NCBI GenBank assembly: GCA_963700985.1
Contig: OY969554.1
Coordinates: 1,568,001-1,632,000, forward strand
DNA from: an uncultured Chlamydiales bacterium
GTDB lineage: Bacteria; Chlamydiota; Chlamydiia; Chlamydiales; Rhabdochlamydiaceae
Direction of reading: 5' to 3'
Length of the DNA: 64,000 nucleotides
Shown: one piece after another, positions 17,884 through 28,838 of the stretch
Position numbering within the stretch: position 1 is the stretch's first letter
Layout: each line of letters starts with the position of its first letter
Notes under the pieces: generated by a model
What the model saw: the letters and a program-made list of their open reading frames with translations, nothing else
The model's database searches: none
Told to the model about the DNA's origin: nothing
Made by a program: the position numbers and the translations under genes

Positions 17884-19031
17884 AAGGAAAGCTACGCATC
17901 GGCGTGGATGTCTCGATGTTGGTTAAATTTACGGGTGGCGTGGGTTTTTACGTTTTTCATTTGCTAGACGAGCTCATTCAACAGCGAACAGATTGCCTTT
18001 TTTTTCTCTATGCACCTTCTTCTAAGGGAGATTTAGAGGAAAATTTAAAGCACTTTTCAAAATATGCACACGTACGCATCCGAGCTACGCGTTTTTTAGC
18101 TTCGCGCGGCACACTCTGGAGAGTGTTAACCATCCCTTTTTTCTTGCGCAAAGATAAGATCGATGTTTTTTGGGAGACGATCTACATCTTTCATTTTTTG
18201 AAGCCGAAAAGAGTAAAAACTCTTCTAACTATCTATGATTTTGTCCCTTGTCTCTTTCGCGAGACCATGAGTCACGCCAATGCCCTCTATCACCTTTGCA
18301 CGATGAAGGGGAGTTTAAGAAATGCCGATTATCGCCTTCCTATTTCTCAAGGAACTGCTAAGCGTTTAAAAGAACTTTTTAGCTTGGATTATCACTCCAT
18401 TATTTACCCACCACAAAAACCAGATGTCTACTATCGAGAGATGCCGCTTCTAGCTCCATTTTTAGCGAAGCATAACCTTGAATATAATCACTACCTCGTC
18501 ACAGTGGGCACGATGGAGCCGCGCAAAAACTTTAGTCTGCTCGTAAAACTCTATTTTGATGCGCTTGAGAAGTATGGCCCTGAAAATGTGATGCCGCTGG
18601 TAATCATTAGCAGCGGCGGATGGAAGAATGAAGAGCTGCAGCGGATCTTTTCTCATGCACAAGAAAAATATCCATCCCATTTCAAAGTCACAGGTTATGT
18701 GGACGATAATGAGCTTTCGCTCTACCTATCTGGTGCAAAGTTTTATATCGCGCTTTCGATGTACGAAGGTTATGGAATGCCCATAGCGGAGGCGCGGCGC
18801 TGCCGCACACCCGTGATCTGCTTGGATGTTCCTGAGATGCGCGAGGCGGCTGAAGATGACGGGATCTTTCTTAAGTGCTATGAGCTTGAGGAAAAGCTAC
18901 TTCCATTAATGCGCTTTTCCAAAAACTTAAGCACAGAAGAGAAACCGCCTTTAAAACTTAACTATTGCACAAATGCCGAAAGTATTGGGAAAATGGCATT
19001 GATATTGGATGAAATAATCTCGGCGAAATGA
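17880..19031 (+). CDS. Glycosyltransferase family 4
   Basis: VGTMEPRKN and EGYGMPIAEA motifs; paralog of 23191..24324. Confidence 0.9.
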   Translation: MKGKLRIGVDVSMLVKFTGGVGFYVFHLLDELIQQRTDCLFFLYAPSSKGDLEENLKHFSKYAHVRIRATRFLASRGTLWRVLTIPFFLRKDKIDVFWETIYIFHFLKPKRVKTLLTIYDFVPCLFRETMSHANALYHLCTMKGSLRNADYRLPISQGTAKRLKELFSLDYHSIIYPPQKPDVYYREMPLLAPFLAKHNLEYNHYLVTVGTMEPRKNFSLLVKLYFDALEKYGPENVMPLVIISSGGWKNEELQRIFSHAQEKYPSHFKVTGYVDDNELSLYLSGAKFYIALSMYEGYGMPIAEARRCRTPVICLDVPEMREAAEDDGIFLKCYELEEKLLPLMRFSKNLSTEEKPPLKLNYCTNAESIGKMALILDEIISAK

Positions 19032-19810
19032 TGAAAGTTGTAATTCTAGCAGGCGGCTTGGGAACAAGATTATCTGAATTAACAGGTAATATCCCCAAAC
19101 CTATGATTGAAATCGGTGGTAGGCCAATTCTTTGGCATATCATGAACATCTTTGCACATTATGGGTTTACTGAGTTTGTGATCGCATTAGGATATAAACA
19201 AGAGCTCATCAAACAATACTTTCTGAATTTTTTTCCGCATCAGAGCGATCTTTCGATCGACTTAGAGAGTGGAAAAATACATATCAACAAAGGTAGAGGC
19301 ACGAACTGGAAGATCCATCTAGTTGATACTGGGGTACATACTCAAACGGGTGGACGGCTAAAGCGCCTTAAAAAATGGATTGGAAATGAGACCTTTCTGA
19401 TGACTTATGGCGACGGCGTGGCTGATGTCGATATTCCCGAGCTGATCAATTTTCACAAGGCCCAGAAAAAATTAGCCACCTTGACTGCTGTCAGACCGCC
19501 CGCGCGATTTGGAGCGCTGATGCTAGAGGGAAACCAGGTGGTGCAATTTAGTGAGAAGCGGCAGGCCAGCGAAGGATGGATTAACGGCGGCTTTTTTGTG
19601 CTTGAGCCCGATGTTTTAAATTTTATTAAAGATGACCAGACTTCTTGGGAGAGAGAGCCTCTCGAAAGCCTCGTGGAAAGCAAACAGCTGAACGCATATT
19701 TGCATCAGGGATTCTGGCGTCCGATGGATACGTTGCGCGATCAGCGCTCACTCGATGAGCTTTGGGATAAAGAGAAAGCTCCATGGAAAGTATGGAGGGA
19801 TCATGAGTGA
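19028..19810 (+). CDS. rfbF: Glucose-1-phosphate cytidylyltransferase
   Basis: ILAGGLGTRLSE, PKPMIEIG, TGGRLKR, TYGDGV, WINGGFF, MDTLRD. Confidence 0.95.
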   Translation: MMKVVILAGGLGTRLSELTGNIPKPMIEIGGRPILWHIMNIFAHYGFTEFVIALGYKQELIKQYFLNFFPHQSDLSIDLESGKIHINKGRGTNWKIHLVDTGVHTQTGGRLKRLKKWIGNETFLMTYGDGVADVDIPELINFHKAQKKLATLTAVRPPARFGALMLEGNQVVQFSEKRQASEGWINGGFFVLEPDVLNFIKDDQTSWEREPLESLVESKQLNAYLHQGFWRPMDTLRDQRSLDELWDKEKAPWKVWRDHE

Positions 19811-20804
19811 GTTTTGGCGTCAAAAAAATGTGCTGATAACTGGTGCCACAGGACTGGTCGGGACGCATCTCTCAAAGACCCTTTTAGAAAAGGGAGCTCA
19901 TGTTGTGGCCCTCGTGCGCGATTATGATCCCCAAAGCGAACTCATCCGCAGCGGACTCATAAAGCAGATGTCGGTCGTGCAAGGAGCTTTAGAAGATGGC
20001 ACTTCGGTAGAACGTGCGCTTTGTGAGCATGAGATCGATACGGTCTTTCATCTTGGCGCTCAGACTCAGGTAGGGTGTGCATTCAGCGCGCCTCTGCTCA
20101 CATTTGAAGCCAATATTCGCGGCACCTACATCTTATTGGAAGCTTGCCGCAGACAAAAGAGTCGAGTGCAGAGAATCGTGGTGGCTTCTAGTGATAAAGC
20201 CTACGGAACAAGCGCTACCCTGCCCTATACAGAAGAGATGCCTCTAAAGGGAGAAAATCCCTACGATGTCTCTAAGTCCTGTGCCGATCTTCTCTCCCTT
20301 TCTTATGCTTCTACATATCATCTGCCTATTGCAGTGGCGCGTTGTGGAAACATTTATGGCGGTGGAGATCTCAACTGGAATCGTTTAATTCCAGGCACCA
20401 TTAAAAACTTTTTCGAGGGCGTCCCTCCGGAAATTCGCAGCGATGGCAGCTATACGCGCGATTACGTCTATGTTACCGATATTATCGACGGTTATCTCAA
20501 GCTGGCGTGTGCAATCAATCGCGAAGATGTGCAAGGCCAAGCCTTTAATTTTGGGCCCGAAACGCCATATACTGTGCTCGAAGTGATTCAGCTTCTACAG
20601 CTAAAGATGGGTAGGTCAGATCTCGCGCCGCGTATTTTAAATAGTGTTAAAGCCGAAATTCACCACCAGGCGCTTAGCGCTGAAAAAGCCAGAAACGTTC
20701 TGGGATGGAAGCCTTCTTACAATTTAGAAGAAGGATTGCAGCATACGATCTCTTGGTATGAAAACTACTTTGCACTGACATCTTCTTTGGGAGCCCAAGC
20801 GTGA
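19803..20804 (+). CDS. NDP-sugar 4,6-dehydratase / NAD-dependent epimerase (RfbG-like)
   Basis: TGATGLVG, ASSDKAYG, YDVSK (YxxxK), RCGNIYGGGD; follows rfbF. Confidence 0.85.
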   Translation: MSEFWRQKNVLITGATGLVGTHLSKTLLEKGAHVVALVRDYDPQSELIRSGLIKQMSVVQGALEDGTSVERALCEHEIDTVFHLGAQTQVGCAFSAPLLTFEANIRGTYILLEACRRQKSRVQRIVVASSDKAYGTSATLPYTEEMPLKGENPYDVSKSCADLLSLSYASTYHLPIAVARCGNIYGGGDLNWNRLIPGTIKNFFEGVPPEIRSDGSYTRDYVYVTDIIDGYLKLACAINREDVQGQAFNFGPETPYTVLEVIQLLQLKMGRSDLAPRILNSVKAEIHHQALSAEKARNVLGWKPSYNLEEGLQHTISWYENYFALTSSLGAQA

Positions 20805-21373
20805 AATTCACCCCAACATCAATTTCAGGCGCCTGTTTAATTCAAATGCAACCTATAGAAGATGAGCGCGGCTTTTTTGCGCGCACTTTCTGCCTTCAAA
20901 CCTTTGAAGAGCAGGGGTTAAATTCGCATCTGGAACAGTGCAGCGCCGCCTTTAACAAGAAAAAAGGTACGCTTAGAGGCCTGCACTATCAGATTGAACC
21001 TTATCCCGAGGTTAAGCTCATTCGCTGCTCTCGCGGGGCTGTCTATGATGTCATTCTAGACCTTCGTCCTTCTTCACCCACATTTGGAAAATGGGAGGCG
21101 TTCGAGCTCTCAGAAGCGAATCGCGCGATGCTTTACATTCCTGCAGGTTGTGCTCATGGTTACCAGACTCTGACAGACAGCGCTGAACTTTTTTACCAAA
21201 TGTCTGGCAAATATGTGAAAGAAGCTGAGCGCGGCGTACGCTGGAACGATCCTAGCTTTGCGATTATTTGGCCTGAGGTAAGCGGGCGTATTCTTTCTGA
21301 AAAAGATGAGAGTTGGCCTGATTTTTCTCTAAGGCATGATTTAGGACACCACCCAAGGAATATATGCGTCTAA
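20801..21373 (+). CDS. rfbC: dTDP-4-dehydrorhamnose 3,5-epimerase family
   Basis: DERGFF, GTLRGLHYQ, DLRPSSPTF, AHGYQTL, WNDP. Confidence 0.9.
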   Translation: MKFTPTSISGACLIQMQPIEDERGFFARTFCLQTFEEQGLNSHLEQCSAAFNKKKGTLRGLHYQIEPYPEVKLIRCSRGAVYDVILDLRPSSPTFGKWEAFELSEANRAMLYIPAGCAHGYQTLTDSAELFYQMSGKYVKEAERGVRWNDPSFAIIWPEVSGRILSEKDESWPDFSLRHDLGHHPRNICV

Positions 21374-22128
21374 CACTCGATACAGATGTTGGCGTAATTA
21401 TTCATGACGACGGGCAGAAAGAGGTGAAGCACCCTCTTTATTCGAATGAAGCTTTTGAGCTGCTCTCGCAGGCTTGGCTCAAATTAGGCTGGAATCAAAA
21501 GCATATCTACACTTTTACCTGGCTAGGAAGACCAGTTATTCAATTGCCCGAAGATCTGATGCGTTTTCAAGAAGTCATCTGGGCATTAAAACCCGATGTC
21601 ATTTTAGAAACAGGGATTGCGCACGGCGGCTCCCTAGTTTTTTCGGCAAGTTTATGCAAACTTTTGGGAAAAGGCAGGGTGATTGGCGTGGATATCGATA
21701 TTCGCGCGCATAATCGCCAAGCTTTGGAAAGCCACGAGCTTTTCCCTTTCCTTACCTTGATTCAAGGCAGCTCAATCGATCCAGAAACTGTGGAAAAAGT
21801 TAAGGCTCAGATTCTTCCGCATGAAACTGTATTAGTTCTTCTCGATTCAAATCACACCAAAGAGCACGTACGTACAGAGCTTGAGGCTTATGCAGGGCTT
21901 GTCTCCTCAGGGTCATATATTATCGTGGCTGATGGGTTGATGGAAGATTTACATGATACGCCCCGAGGATTGCCTGGTTGGAAGAATGATAATCCAAAGG
22001 CTGCTGCTCAAGAATTTCTTCTCGCTCACCCCGAGTTTGAACTGAACGATCCTGCTTGGGTCTTTAATGAGAGCCAGCTGCTCAAAAGCGTATCCCATTG
22101 GCCTGGTGCTTGGCTACGCAAGAGGTAG
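21364..22128 (+). CDS. CmcI-family (rhamnosyl O-)methyltransferase
   Basis: WLGRPVIQLPEDL, ETGIAHGGS, LDSNHT motifs. Confidence 0.85.
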   Translation: MRLTLDTDVGVIIHDDGQKEVKHPLYSNEAFELLSQAWLKLGWNQKHIYTFTWLGRPVIQLPEDLMRFQEVIWALKPDVILETGIAHGGSLVFSASLCKLLGKGRVIGVDIDIRAHNRQALESHELFPFLTLIQGSSIDPETVEKVKAQILPHETVLVLLDSNHTKEHVRTELEAYAGLVSSGSYIIVADGLMEDLHDTPRGLPGWKNDNPKAAAQEFLLAHPEFELNDPAWVFNESQLLKSVSHWPGAWLRKR

Positions 22129-22136
22129 CGCTTTTT

Positions 22137-23189
22137 ATGGATGCTTTGCCTCAAATTACCACGATTATCCCCACTTTTCGCCGTCCCGAGACCTTAAAAC
22201 GGGCCATTCAGAGCGTTCTGAATCAGAGCTATCCTCATTTTCAAGTTTGCATTTATGACAATGCCTCGGGAGATGAAACCGCGGCGGTCGTAAAAGAGTT
22301 TATGCAGAAGGATCCTCGGGTGAAATACCATTGCCACCCCACCAATATCGGCTCAAATGCCAATTTTCAATATGGTCTGGAAAATGTGAATACTCCCTAT
22401 TTTTCCTTTCTTTCCGATGATGACTTTGTTTTTCCTGAATTTTATGAAACTACTCTCGAAGGATTTACCCGTTATCCTGAGATCGCCTTTTGCGCCGGGC
22501 AGACAATTTCTATTTACCAAGATGGCACGATAAGCCTAGTGAAGCCAGATTTTGAAGGAGAGCGCTACTTTTCTCAACCGTTCGGCGCGCTTGAATTTTT
22601 GCACGGAATTATCCCCACCTGGGGCTCTATTCTGTTCAGAAGAGAAGCGATAGAACATATTGGACCCTTAAAACTCGATATGATCTCCATCGATATCGAT
22701 TTTATTGGTCGAATAACACTGGAGCATCCCTTTTTTCTCAAATCTAAGCCCTGTGCCGTTTTAGTAAACCATCCTGATAGCATCACCTGGAAAGCGAGTA
22801 TAGATGCCTATTACCCAGATGTTTTTAACACCATTTTGCGTCTCAAGAGCCATCCCAGCTTATCTGAGGATTTCCGCCACACTTTCCATACTGCGCTGAT
22901 GAGAAAACTTAATGAGACTCTCTTCTTTATTGGTCGTGAGCATCTCTGGAAAAAAGATTTTGTGATTGCAGCCCGCGTATCACAAATTCTCTGCGGTCCG
23001 CTTAATGCCTGGGCAAATGGACCTATTCTTAAATGGGCAACCTTCTGCTGCCAAAAGATTCCCGGATCTTTTTTCCTGCTCAGATCCTTACATAATATTC
23101 TCAGAAGCACATACCGTTTGTTCAGGCCTCTTGCAACATTTCCGGAAAGTTATAAGCATCTAGTTCAAGAGCACTTAGTAGAAAAATAA
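22137..23189 (+). CDS. Glycosyltransferase family 2
   Basis: IIPTFRR, DNASGD, FLSDDD. Confidence 0.9.
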   Translation: MDALPQITTIIPTFRRPETLKRAIQSVLNQSYPHFQVCIYDNASGDETAAVVKEFMQKDPRVKYHCHPTNIGSNANFQYGLENVNTPYFSFLSDDDFVFPEFYETTLEGFTRYPEIAFCAGQTISIYQDGTISLVKPDFEGERYFSQPFGALEFLHGIIPTWGSILFRREAIEHIGPLKLDMISIDIDFIGRITLEHPFFLKSKPCAVLVNHPDSITWKASIDAYYPDVFNTILRLKSHPSLSEDFRHTFHTALMRKLNETLFFIGREHLWKKDFVIAARVSQILCGPLNAWANGPILKWATFCCQKIPGSFFLLRSLHNILRSTYRLFRPLATFPESYKHLVQEHLVEK

Positions 23190-23190
23190 T

Positions 23191-24324
23191 ATGAAAACTT
23201 CCAAGCGCCTGCGTATCGGAGTTGAAATTTGGCCTCTAGTCAAACTTCATGGTGGCATCAGCTACTACATCTTTCATCTTTTAGATGAACTGATTAAGCA
23301 GAACCCCGACTGGGAATTTTTTCTCTATGCGCCTGCTCGAAGTAAAACGGTTGAATGCTTCCAACGCCATCAAAACGTACATCTGCACATACTTTCGCTT
23401 TTCACTTTTAAATACATTTTTTGGCGCAATTCAATCCTGCCTTACTCTCTTCGCAAAGATAAGATCGATGTGTTCTGGGAAAATGTGTTTGTTATTCCCT
23501 TCCTGAAGCCTCGAAAAATGAAGACAGTTTTAACCGTATATGATTTTGTAGCTTACCTATTTCCAGAGACCTTAAGCCTTTTATCAGTGTTTTATCACCG
23601 TTTGATCACATCTAGCACGGTAAAGAAGGCGGACTATATCGTTTCGATCTCAAAGGGAACAGCCAAGCGCTTGAATGAAATGTTTGGCCGAGTAGCTGAT
23701 GAGGTGGTGATTCCTCCCAGTAAGCCTGAAGTTTTTTATCGGGAAAAAGAATTTCTTTCGCCTTTCCTAACTCAACAGGGGCTGAAGTATAATGACTATC
23801 TCGTGTCTGTGAGCACTTGGGAGCCGCGTAAAAACTTTGTTCTGCTCATTCAACTCTATTGCAAAACTTTGGAAGAGAAAGGGTTGGAAAATGTGATGCC
23901 CTTGGTAATCATTGGGGGTGGTGGCTGGAAAAATAAGCGGATTTTAAAAGCCTTTCAATCGGCTCAGAAAAAATATCCCACCCATTTTAAAATTGCAGGT
24001 TACGCAAGTGATCATGAACTCTCCCTCTTTTTATCTGGCGCACGCTACTACATCTCTCTTTCTCTCTATGAAGGATATGGGATGCCGCTTGCCGAAGCGC
24101 GGCATTGCCGCACCCCTGTGATCTGTTTGGATATTCCTGAAATGCGAGAGGCAGCAGAAAATGATGGAATCTTTCTAAAAAAAGAAAATTTAGAGACGGA
24201 CCTTCCCAAATTGATGTTGCGAGGAGTAGAAAATGAAAATGAAAAACCTTCTCTTGAGCTACACTACCCATCGAATGCAGAAGGGGCCTTAAGAATGGCA
24301 TCTATCTTAAAAAGTCTATGTTGA
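23191..24324 (+). CDS. Glycosyltransferase family 4
   Basis: STWEPRKN and EGYGMPLAEA; close paralog of 17880..19031. Confidence 0.9.
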   Translation: MKTSKRLRIGVEIWPLVKLHGGISYYIFHLLDELIKQNPDWEFFLYAPARSKTVECFQRHQNVHLHILSLFTFKYIFWRNSILPYSLRKDKIDVFWENVFVIPFLKPRKMKTVLTVYDFVAYLFPETLSLLSVFYHRLITSSTVKKADYIVSISKGTAKRLNEMFGRVADEVVIPPSKPEVFYREKEFLSPFLTQQGLKYNDYLVSVSTWEPRKNFVLLIQLYCKTLEEKGLENVMPLVIIGGGGWKNKRILKAFQSAQKKYPTHFKIAGYASDHELSLFLSGARYYISLSLYEGYGMPLAEARHCRTPVICLDIPEMREAAENDGIFLKKENLETDLPKLMLRGVENENEKPSLELHYPSNAEGALRMASILKSLC

Positions 24325-25829
24325 AGCGCAATCTTATCGCAAGCTTTCTGGGTAAAGGGTGGCAAGCTCTTATCCAACTTCTATTTGTCCCCTACTATGC
24401 CAAACTCATGGGCGTGGAAGCTTATGGTCTCGTTGGTCTTTTTGGCTTATTAATCACGCTCGGATGCCTTTTTGATACGGGCTTAAGTTCTTTTTTGAAT
24501 CGGGAGCTCTCCAGGCTTTTGGCTTTAAATTCAGCGCCTCAAGTGTTTCGTAATCTTGTTTGTACCATCGAAATCGCTTATTGGATCATCTGTTCGACTC
24601 TGGGCGGGATGATTCTACTTTTAGCGCCGGCAATTACTCTGCATTGGCTAAATGTAAAGCTGTTGGACTTTCACACCGTCGAGTATGCAATTGCATTAAT
24701 GGGTCTCTGTTTCGCCTTTCAGCTGCCTCTTTACATGTATCAAAATGGCTTGCAGGGGTTGCAAAAGCAGGTGGCGATGAATGTGCTGTCGGCATTTTTG
24801 GTGACCTTGCGCGTCGGCGGAGCTTTGGCTACGCTTATTTTTTTTGGTGCCTCACCCGTGCTATTTTTTGCATGGCAGGCGGGCATGAGCTTGGTCCATA
24901 CGCTCACCATCCGCTATCTGTTGTGGAAAGAGCTGCCTAAAAGTGAGAAGCGTGCGCGCTTTGAGATGCACTATCTCCTCGAAGGCAGAAAATTTGCCGG
25001 GAAACTTACAATTTTAACCATTCTCGGTGTTCTGGTAACGCACTTAGACAAGATTCTGCTCAGCAAAATTTTGCCCTTAGAAGAATTCGGCTATTACTCT
25101 GTGGCCGTAAGTATTGCCAGTGGGCTTTTAGTGGTGACATACCCGATCTTCTCGGCCATCTTTCCCTCCTATTCTTATGTTGTCACACTCAACGATGAAG
25201 AGAGGATGAGCAAGCTCTATCATCAAAGCGCGCAGATTATGTCGATTTTCATTCTTCCTCTAATGCTACTACTAGCTTTTTTTTCGTTTGAAATCTTGCT
25301 TTTGTGGACGGGAAGCGAAGACATCGCTAAAAAGGCCTGTTTTGTTTTGACATTTCTATCGATTGGAACGGGAATTAATGGAATCATGCATATCCCTTAT
25401 GCTTTGCAGCTTGCGCATGATAAAATGAAACTTTCCTTCTATCAGAGCGCTCTTTTGCTCATCTGTTTAAGTGGTCTGCTTCCGCCGATGATCAAATGGT
25501 GGGGTACGCCTGGTGCCGCCGCTTTATGGAGCCTGGGTAATTTTTTGATCTTATCTTTTAGCGGCTACTTTCTGCATCGTCAATTTCTGATAGGGCAAAG
25601 CGCGCGTTGGTATGTGCAAGACATTCTCTTGCCCGCTTCGGGCGCCTTATGCGTAATGCTTTTGGGAAAATGGGCTTTGCCTCACGAAATGGGTCGCCTA
25701 GGCACCCTCTTTTATCTGATTCTTGTTACAGGAATAACTTTTGTTGTGGCATTGTTATGTGCTTCCTTTCCTAGGAACTGGGTGCTAGAGAAACTGAAAG
25801 TCATAAAAACAGGAACAGGTGCTATATGA
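24318..25829 (+). CDS. wzx: Polysaccharide flippase (Wzx/MOP family)
   Basis: Many TM segments; LKRNLIAS..., GVEAYG, DKILLSK.L..EEFGYYS pattern; cluster context. Confidence 0.85.
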   Translation: MLKRNLIASFLGKGWQALIQLLFVPYYAKLMGVEAYGLVGLFGLLITLGCLFDTGLSSFLNRELSRLLALNSAPQVFRNLVCTIEIAYWIICSTLGGMILLLAPAITLHWLNVKLLDFHTVEYAIALMGLCFAFQLPLYMYQNGLQGLQKQVAMNVLSAFLVTLRVGGALATLIFFGASPVLFFAWQAGMSLVHTLTIRYLLWKELPKSEKRARFEMHYLLEGRKFAGKLTILTILGVLVTHLDKILLSKILPLEEFGYYSVAVSIASGLLVVTYPIFSAIFPSYSYVVTLNDEERMSKLYHQSAQIMSIFILPLMLLLAFFSFEILLLWTGSEDIAKKACFVLTFLSIGTGINGIMHIPYALQLAHDKMKLSFYQSALLLICLSGLLPPMIKWWGTPGAAALWSLGNFLILSFSGYFLHRQFLIGQSARWYVQDILLPASGALCVMLLGKWALPHEMGRLGTLFYLILVTGITFVVALLCASFPRNWVLEKLKVIKTGTGAI

Positions 25830-26668
25830 AAAACTTGCGTGTTGGATTAAAAACACTTTTCACAGTCTTATTCGTTTGCGCATTGATTGAAGCGAGAACA
25901 GAATCTTTTGAAGGCGTGCGTTTTGCCGATATTCGATCATCTAAAAAAGAAAAGATCGTTGAATACATTCATGCTTTTCCCTTTTCAGATTATAAAATCT
26001 ACTATTGCAAACAGCCTGGCTATTTCTTCCTCGACCCGATCGATGACGTAGTGAAAAACGTGCTACGACATGGTTCTGCTTGGGAGCCGTTCATGAACGA
26101 TTATGCTTATCGTTATGCTCGTCTAGGATCGATCGCTGTCGATGTAGGTGCGCACATCGGTACTTATACGCTCAGCATGGCAAGAACAGTTGGCGTAGGC
26201 GGAAGAGTGATTGCAATCGAGCCTCAGCCTAAGATTTTTAGAGAGCTCGTAATGAACATGTCTTTAAATCAGGTCGATAACGTCGATTTCTATTTAGCTG
26301 GCGCAGGCGACAGGGTAGGACAAATTGAACTTTCTCCCCCAGTTCCAGGTAGTGAAGGCGCAACTGGCCTTGGCGGCGGAACAGGAGAATATGTCGATTT
26401 GATCACCATCGATTCTCTCCACCTGGATAACGTCTCCTTCATCAAAATTGATGCTGAATGGATGGAAAACGTTGTGCTAGATGGCGCGAAAGAGACGATA
26501 ATTAGAAATCGTCCAGTGGTCCTGATTGAAATTATGGGCGGGTTTTCTTATGAAACATCTCTGCCTCATGTTAAAGCTAGAATCGATGCAACTGTAAAGA
26601 AGCTTGAGAATCTAGGTTATAACGTAGAGCGTGTTTCGAGTCATGATTACCTCGCTACTCCGCTTTAA
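25826..26668 (+). CDS. FkbM-family methyltransferase with N-terminal hydrophobic segment
   Basis: VDVGAHIG, AIEP, FIKIDAE, RPVVLIE. Confidence 0.85.
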   Translation: MKNLRVGLKTLFTVLFVCALIEARTESFEGVRFADIRSSKKEKIVEYIHAFPFSDYKIYYCKQPGYFFLDPIDDVVKNVLRHGSAWEPFMNDYAYRYARLGSIAVDVGAHIGTYTLSMARTVGVGGRVIAIEPQPKIFRELVMNMSLNQVDNVDFYLAGAGDRVGQIELSPPVPGSEGATGLGGGTGEYVDLITIDSLHLDNVSFIKIDAEWMENVVLDGAKETIIRNRPVVLIEIMGGFSYETSLPHVKARIDATVKKLENLGYNVERVSSHDYLATPL

Positions 26669-26679
26669 GGTAGACTGAG

Positions 26680-27741
26680 ATGAAAAGCGCTCTGATTACA
26701 GGTATCACAGGACAAGATGGCTCTTACCTCGCCGAACTGCTCTTGCAAAAGGGCTATATCGTGCATGGGTTAGTCAGACGAAGTTCTACCTCTAATCTTG
26801 GGCGCATCGCCCATCTTTGTGATGATGACGCCCTCAAAGGGCGTCTTTTTCTTCATGAAGGTGATTTAGCCGACTCTCCAAGTCTCATGCGTATTGTCGA
26901 AACAGCAGAACCAACCGAGGTATACAACCTCGCTGCCATGAGCGACGTAAAAGTTTCTTTTGAACTCCCTGAATATACGGGAGATATCGATGGAATCGGT
27001 GTTTTGCGTTTGCTCGAAGTTATTCGTCATGTCAATCCTGAGATCCATTTTTATCAAGCATCTACATCCGAGCTCTATGGAAAAGTGCGGACTGTCCCTC
27101 AAAATGAGGAGACCCCTTTCCATCCGCGCTCACCTTACGGAGTTGCTAAACTCTATGCCTATTGGGCAACAGTCAACTACCGCGAGGCCTATCAGATGTT
27201 CGCGTGTAATGGGATCCTCTTTAATCATGAAAGCCCAAGAAGAGGCGAGAAATTTGTCTCTCGAAAAATCACGCTTGCCGCTGCTAGAATTAAAGCTGGC
27301 CTCCAAGAAAAACTAACCCTAGGAAATCTCGATGCCAAGAGAGACTGGGGCTATGCTAAAGATTTTGTAGAAGGCATGTGGCAGATGTTGCAGCAAGATC
27401 AGCCCGAAGACTACGTATTGGCAACAGGCGAAACCACAACAGTGCGTCGCTTTGTCGAGCTGGCTTTCCTTCAAGTTGACGTGCAAATCGTGTGGGAAGG
27501 AACAGGGATTGATGAAAAAGGCCGCGATGCAAAGACGGGTCAAGTTATCGTCGATGTCTCTCCAGAATTTTTCCGCCCTGCAGAAGTGGAGCTGTTAATT
27601 GGAGATCCTTCCAAAGCAAAAAGAAAGCTCGGCTGGTCTCCCAAAACGACGGTGGAAGAGTTAGTGCGCATTATGATGCATACTGATCTCCAACAATTGC
27701 CTAGCAATGCACTATTTTCCCAAGAACTCCTAAATGTATGA
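26680..27741 (+). CDS. gmd: GDP-mannose 4,6-dehydratase
   Basis: [46 protein letters not shown]. Confidence 0.97.
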   Translation: MKSALITGITGQDGSYLAELLLQKGYIVHGLVRRSSTSNLGRIAHLCDDDALKGRLFLHEGDLADSPSLMRIVETAEPTEVYNLAAMSDVKVSFELPEYTGDIDGIGVLRLLEVIRHVNPEIHFYQASTSELYGKVRTVPQNEETPFHPRSPYGVAKLYAYWATVNYREAYQMFACNGILFNHESPRRGEKFVSRKITLAAARIKAGLQEKLTLGNLDAKRDWGYAKDFVEGMWQMLQQDQPEDYVLATGETTTVRRFVELAFLQVDVQIVWEGTGIDEKGRDAKTGQVIVDVSPEFFRPAEVELLIGDPSKAKRKLGWSPKTTVEELVRIMMHTDLQQLPSNALFSQELLNV

Positions 27742-28838
27742 AAGAAGTCTGCGTCGATGCACGCATGCTCTCAAGCTCAGGAATAGGTACCTACTTAAGA
27801 AACCTGCTTGTCCAGCTGAAAGATGCGCCCTTTCGCTTTAAGCTAATCGTACGCTCAGACGCTCTGCAAAAGCATGAGTGGCCTATTGATTGCCTAGGTG
27901 AATTTGATCTGATTTTTTGCGACGCCCAGATTTATTCTATTCAAGAGCAGCTGCAACTTCCGCGTTTGATTCCAACATGCGATCTCTTCTGGTCTCCGCA
28001 TTTTAATATCCCTTTTTTGCCTATTCGCGCCCGCAAACGAGTTGTGACTGTGCACGATGCTTATCACCTAGCTTTTTTTAACCGCTTACGGTTTTTTGAA
28101 AAATGCTACGCGCGCGCGATCTTCGCACGTTTAAAGAACTATGCTGACAGCTTCATCACCGTCTCCCAATTTTCTAAGACTGAACTCTGTACATATGCGA
28201 AATTTTCTTCAGAAAAGATATTTCCTATCTCAAATGGGATCGATCACGTGCGCTTTGCGGCAAAAGACCCGGAAAAAATTAAAGCTCTTAAACAGCGCTA
28301 TTGCCTACCGGAAAAGTTCCTTCTTTTCGTGGGGAATTTAAAACCGCATAAAAATGTGCAGGGCTTGATTCGCGCCTTCCATCTGCTGCAAGAAACGAAT
28401 CCATCCGATTATGGCTTAGTAGTTGTGGGGAAACGTGCTAAGCTACGCACAGCAGAGCAGCAGTTGCCAGAAGATTTAAAAATATTTATACTAGAAGATA
28501 TAGAAGATGAGGAGCTCCCGCTGCTTTATCAAAGTGCCACACTTTTTATCCTGCCCTCTTTTTATGAAGGATTTGGGCTCACACCGTTGGAAGCGATGAG
28601 TTCTGGTTGCCCAGTAGTGGTATCGCGAGTGGCAAGCCTTCCCGAGGTGTGTGGAAATGCAGCTGAATATGTCGATCCTTACGATGTGGCAGATATTGCC
28701 AGGGGGATAAGCAAGGTGCTTAACAACGGTGTTTTACAAGAAGAGCTTAAGCGCAAAGGATTCGAGCAGGCAGCTCAATTCTCTTGGAAAAAGGCGGCTA
28801 TGGAGCATGTGCGAATTTTTGAAGAGGTGCTGAGATGA
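27738..28838 (+). CDS. Glycosyltransferase family 4 (mannosyltransferase-like)
   Basis: VGNLKPHKN and [15 protein letters not shown]. Confidence 0.9.
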   Translation: MKEVCVDARMLSSSGIGTYLRNLLVQLKDAPFRFKLIVRSDALQKHEWPIDCLGEFDLIFCDAQIYSIQEQLQLPRLIPTCDLFWSPHFNIPFLPIRARKRVVTVHDAYHLAFFNRLRFFEKCYARAIFARLKNYADSFITVSQFSKTELCTYAKFSSEKIFPISNGIDHVRFAAKDPEKIKALKQRYCLPEKFLLFVGNLKPHKNVQGLIRAFHLLQETNPSDYGLVVVGKRAKLRTAEQQLPEDLKIFILEDIEDEELPLLYQSATLFILPSFYEGFGLTPLEAMSSGCPVVVSRVASLPEVCGNAAEYVDPYDVADIARGISKVLNNGVLQEELKRKGFEQAAQFSWKKAAMEHVRIFEEVLR

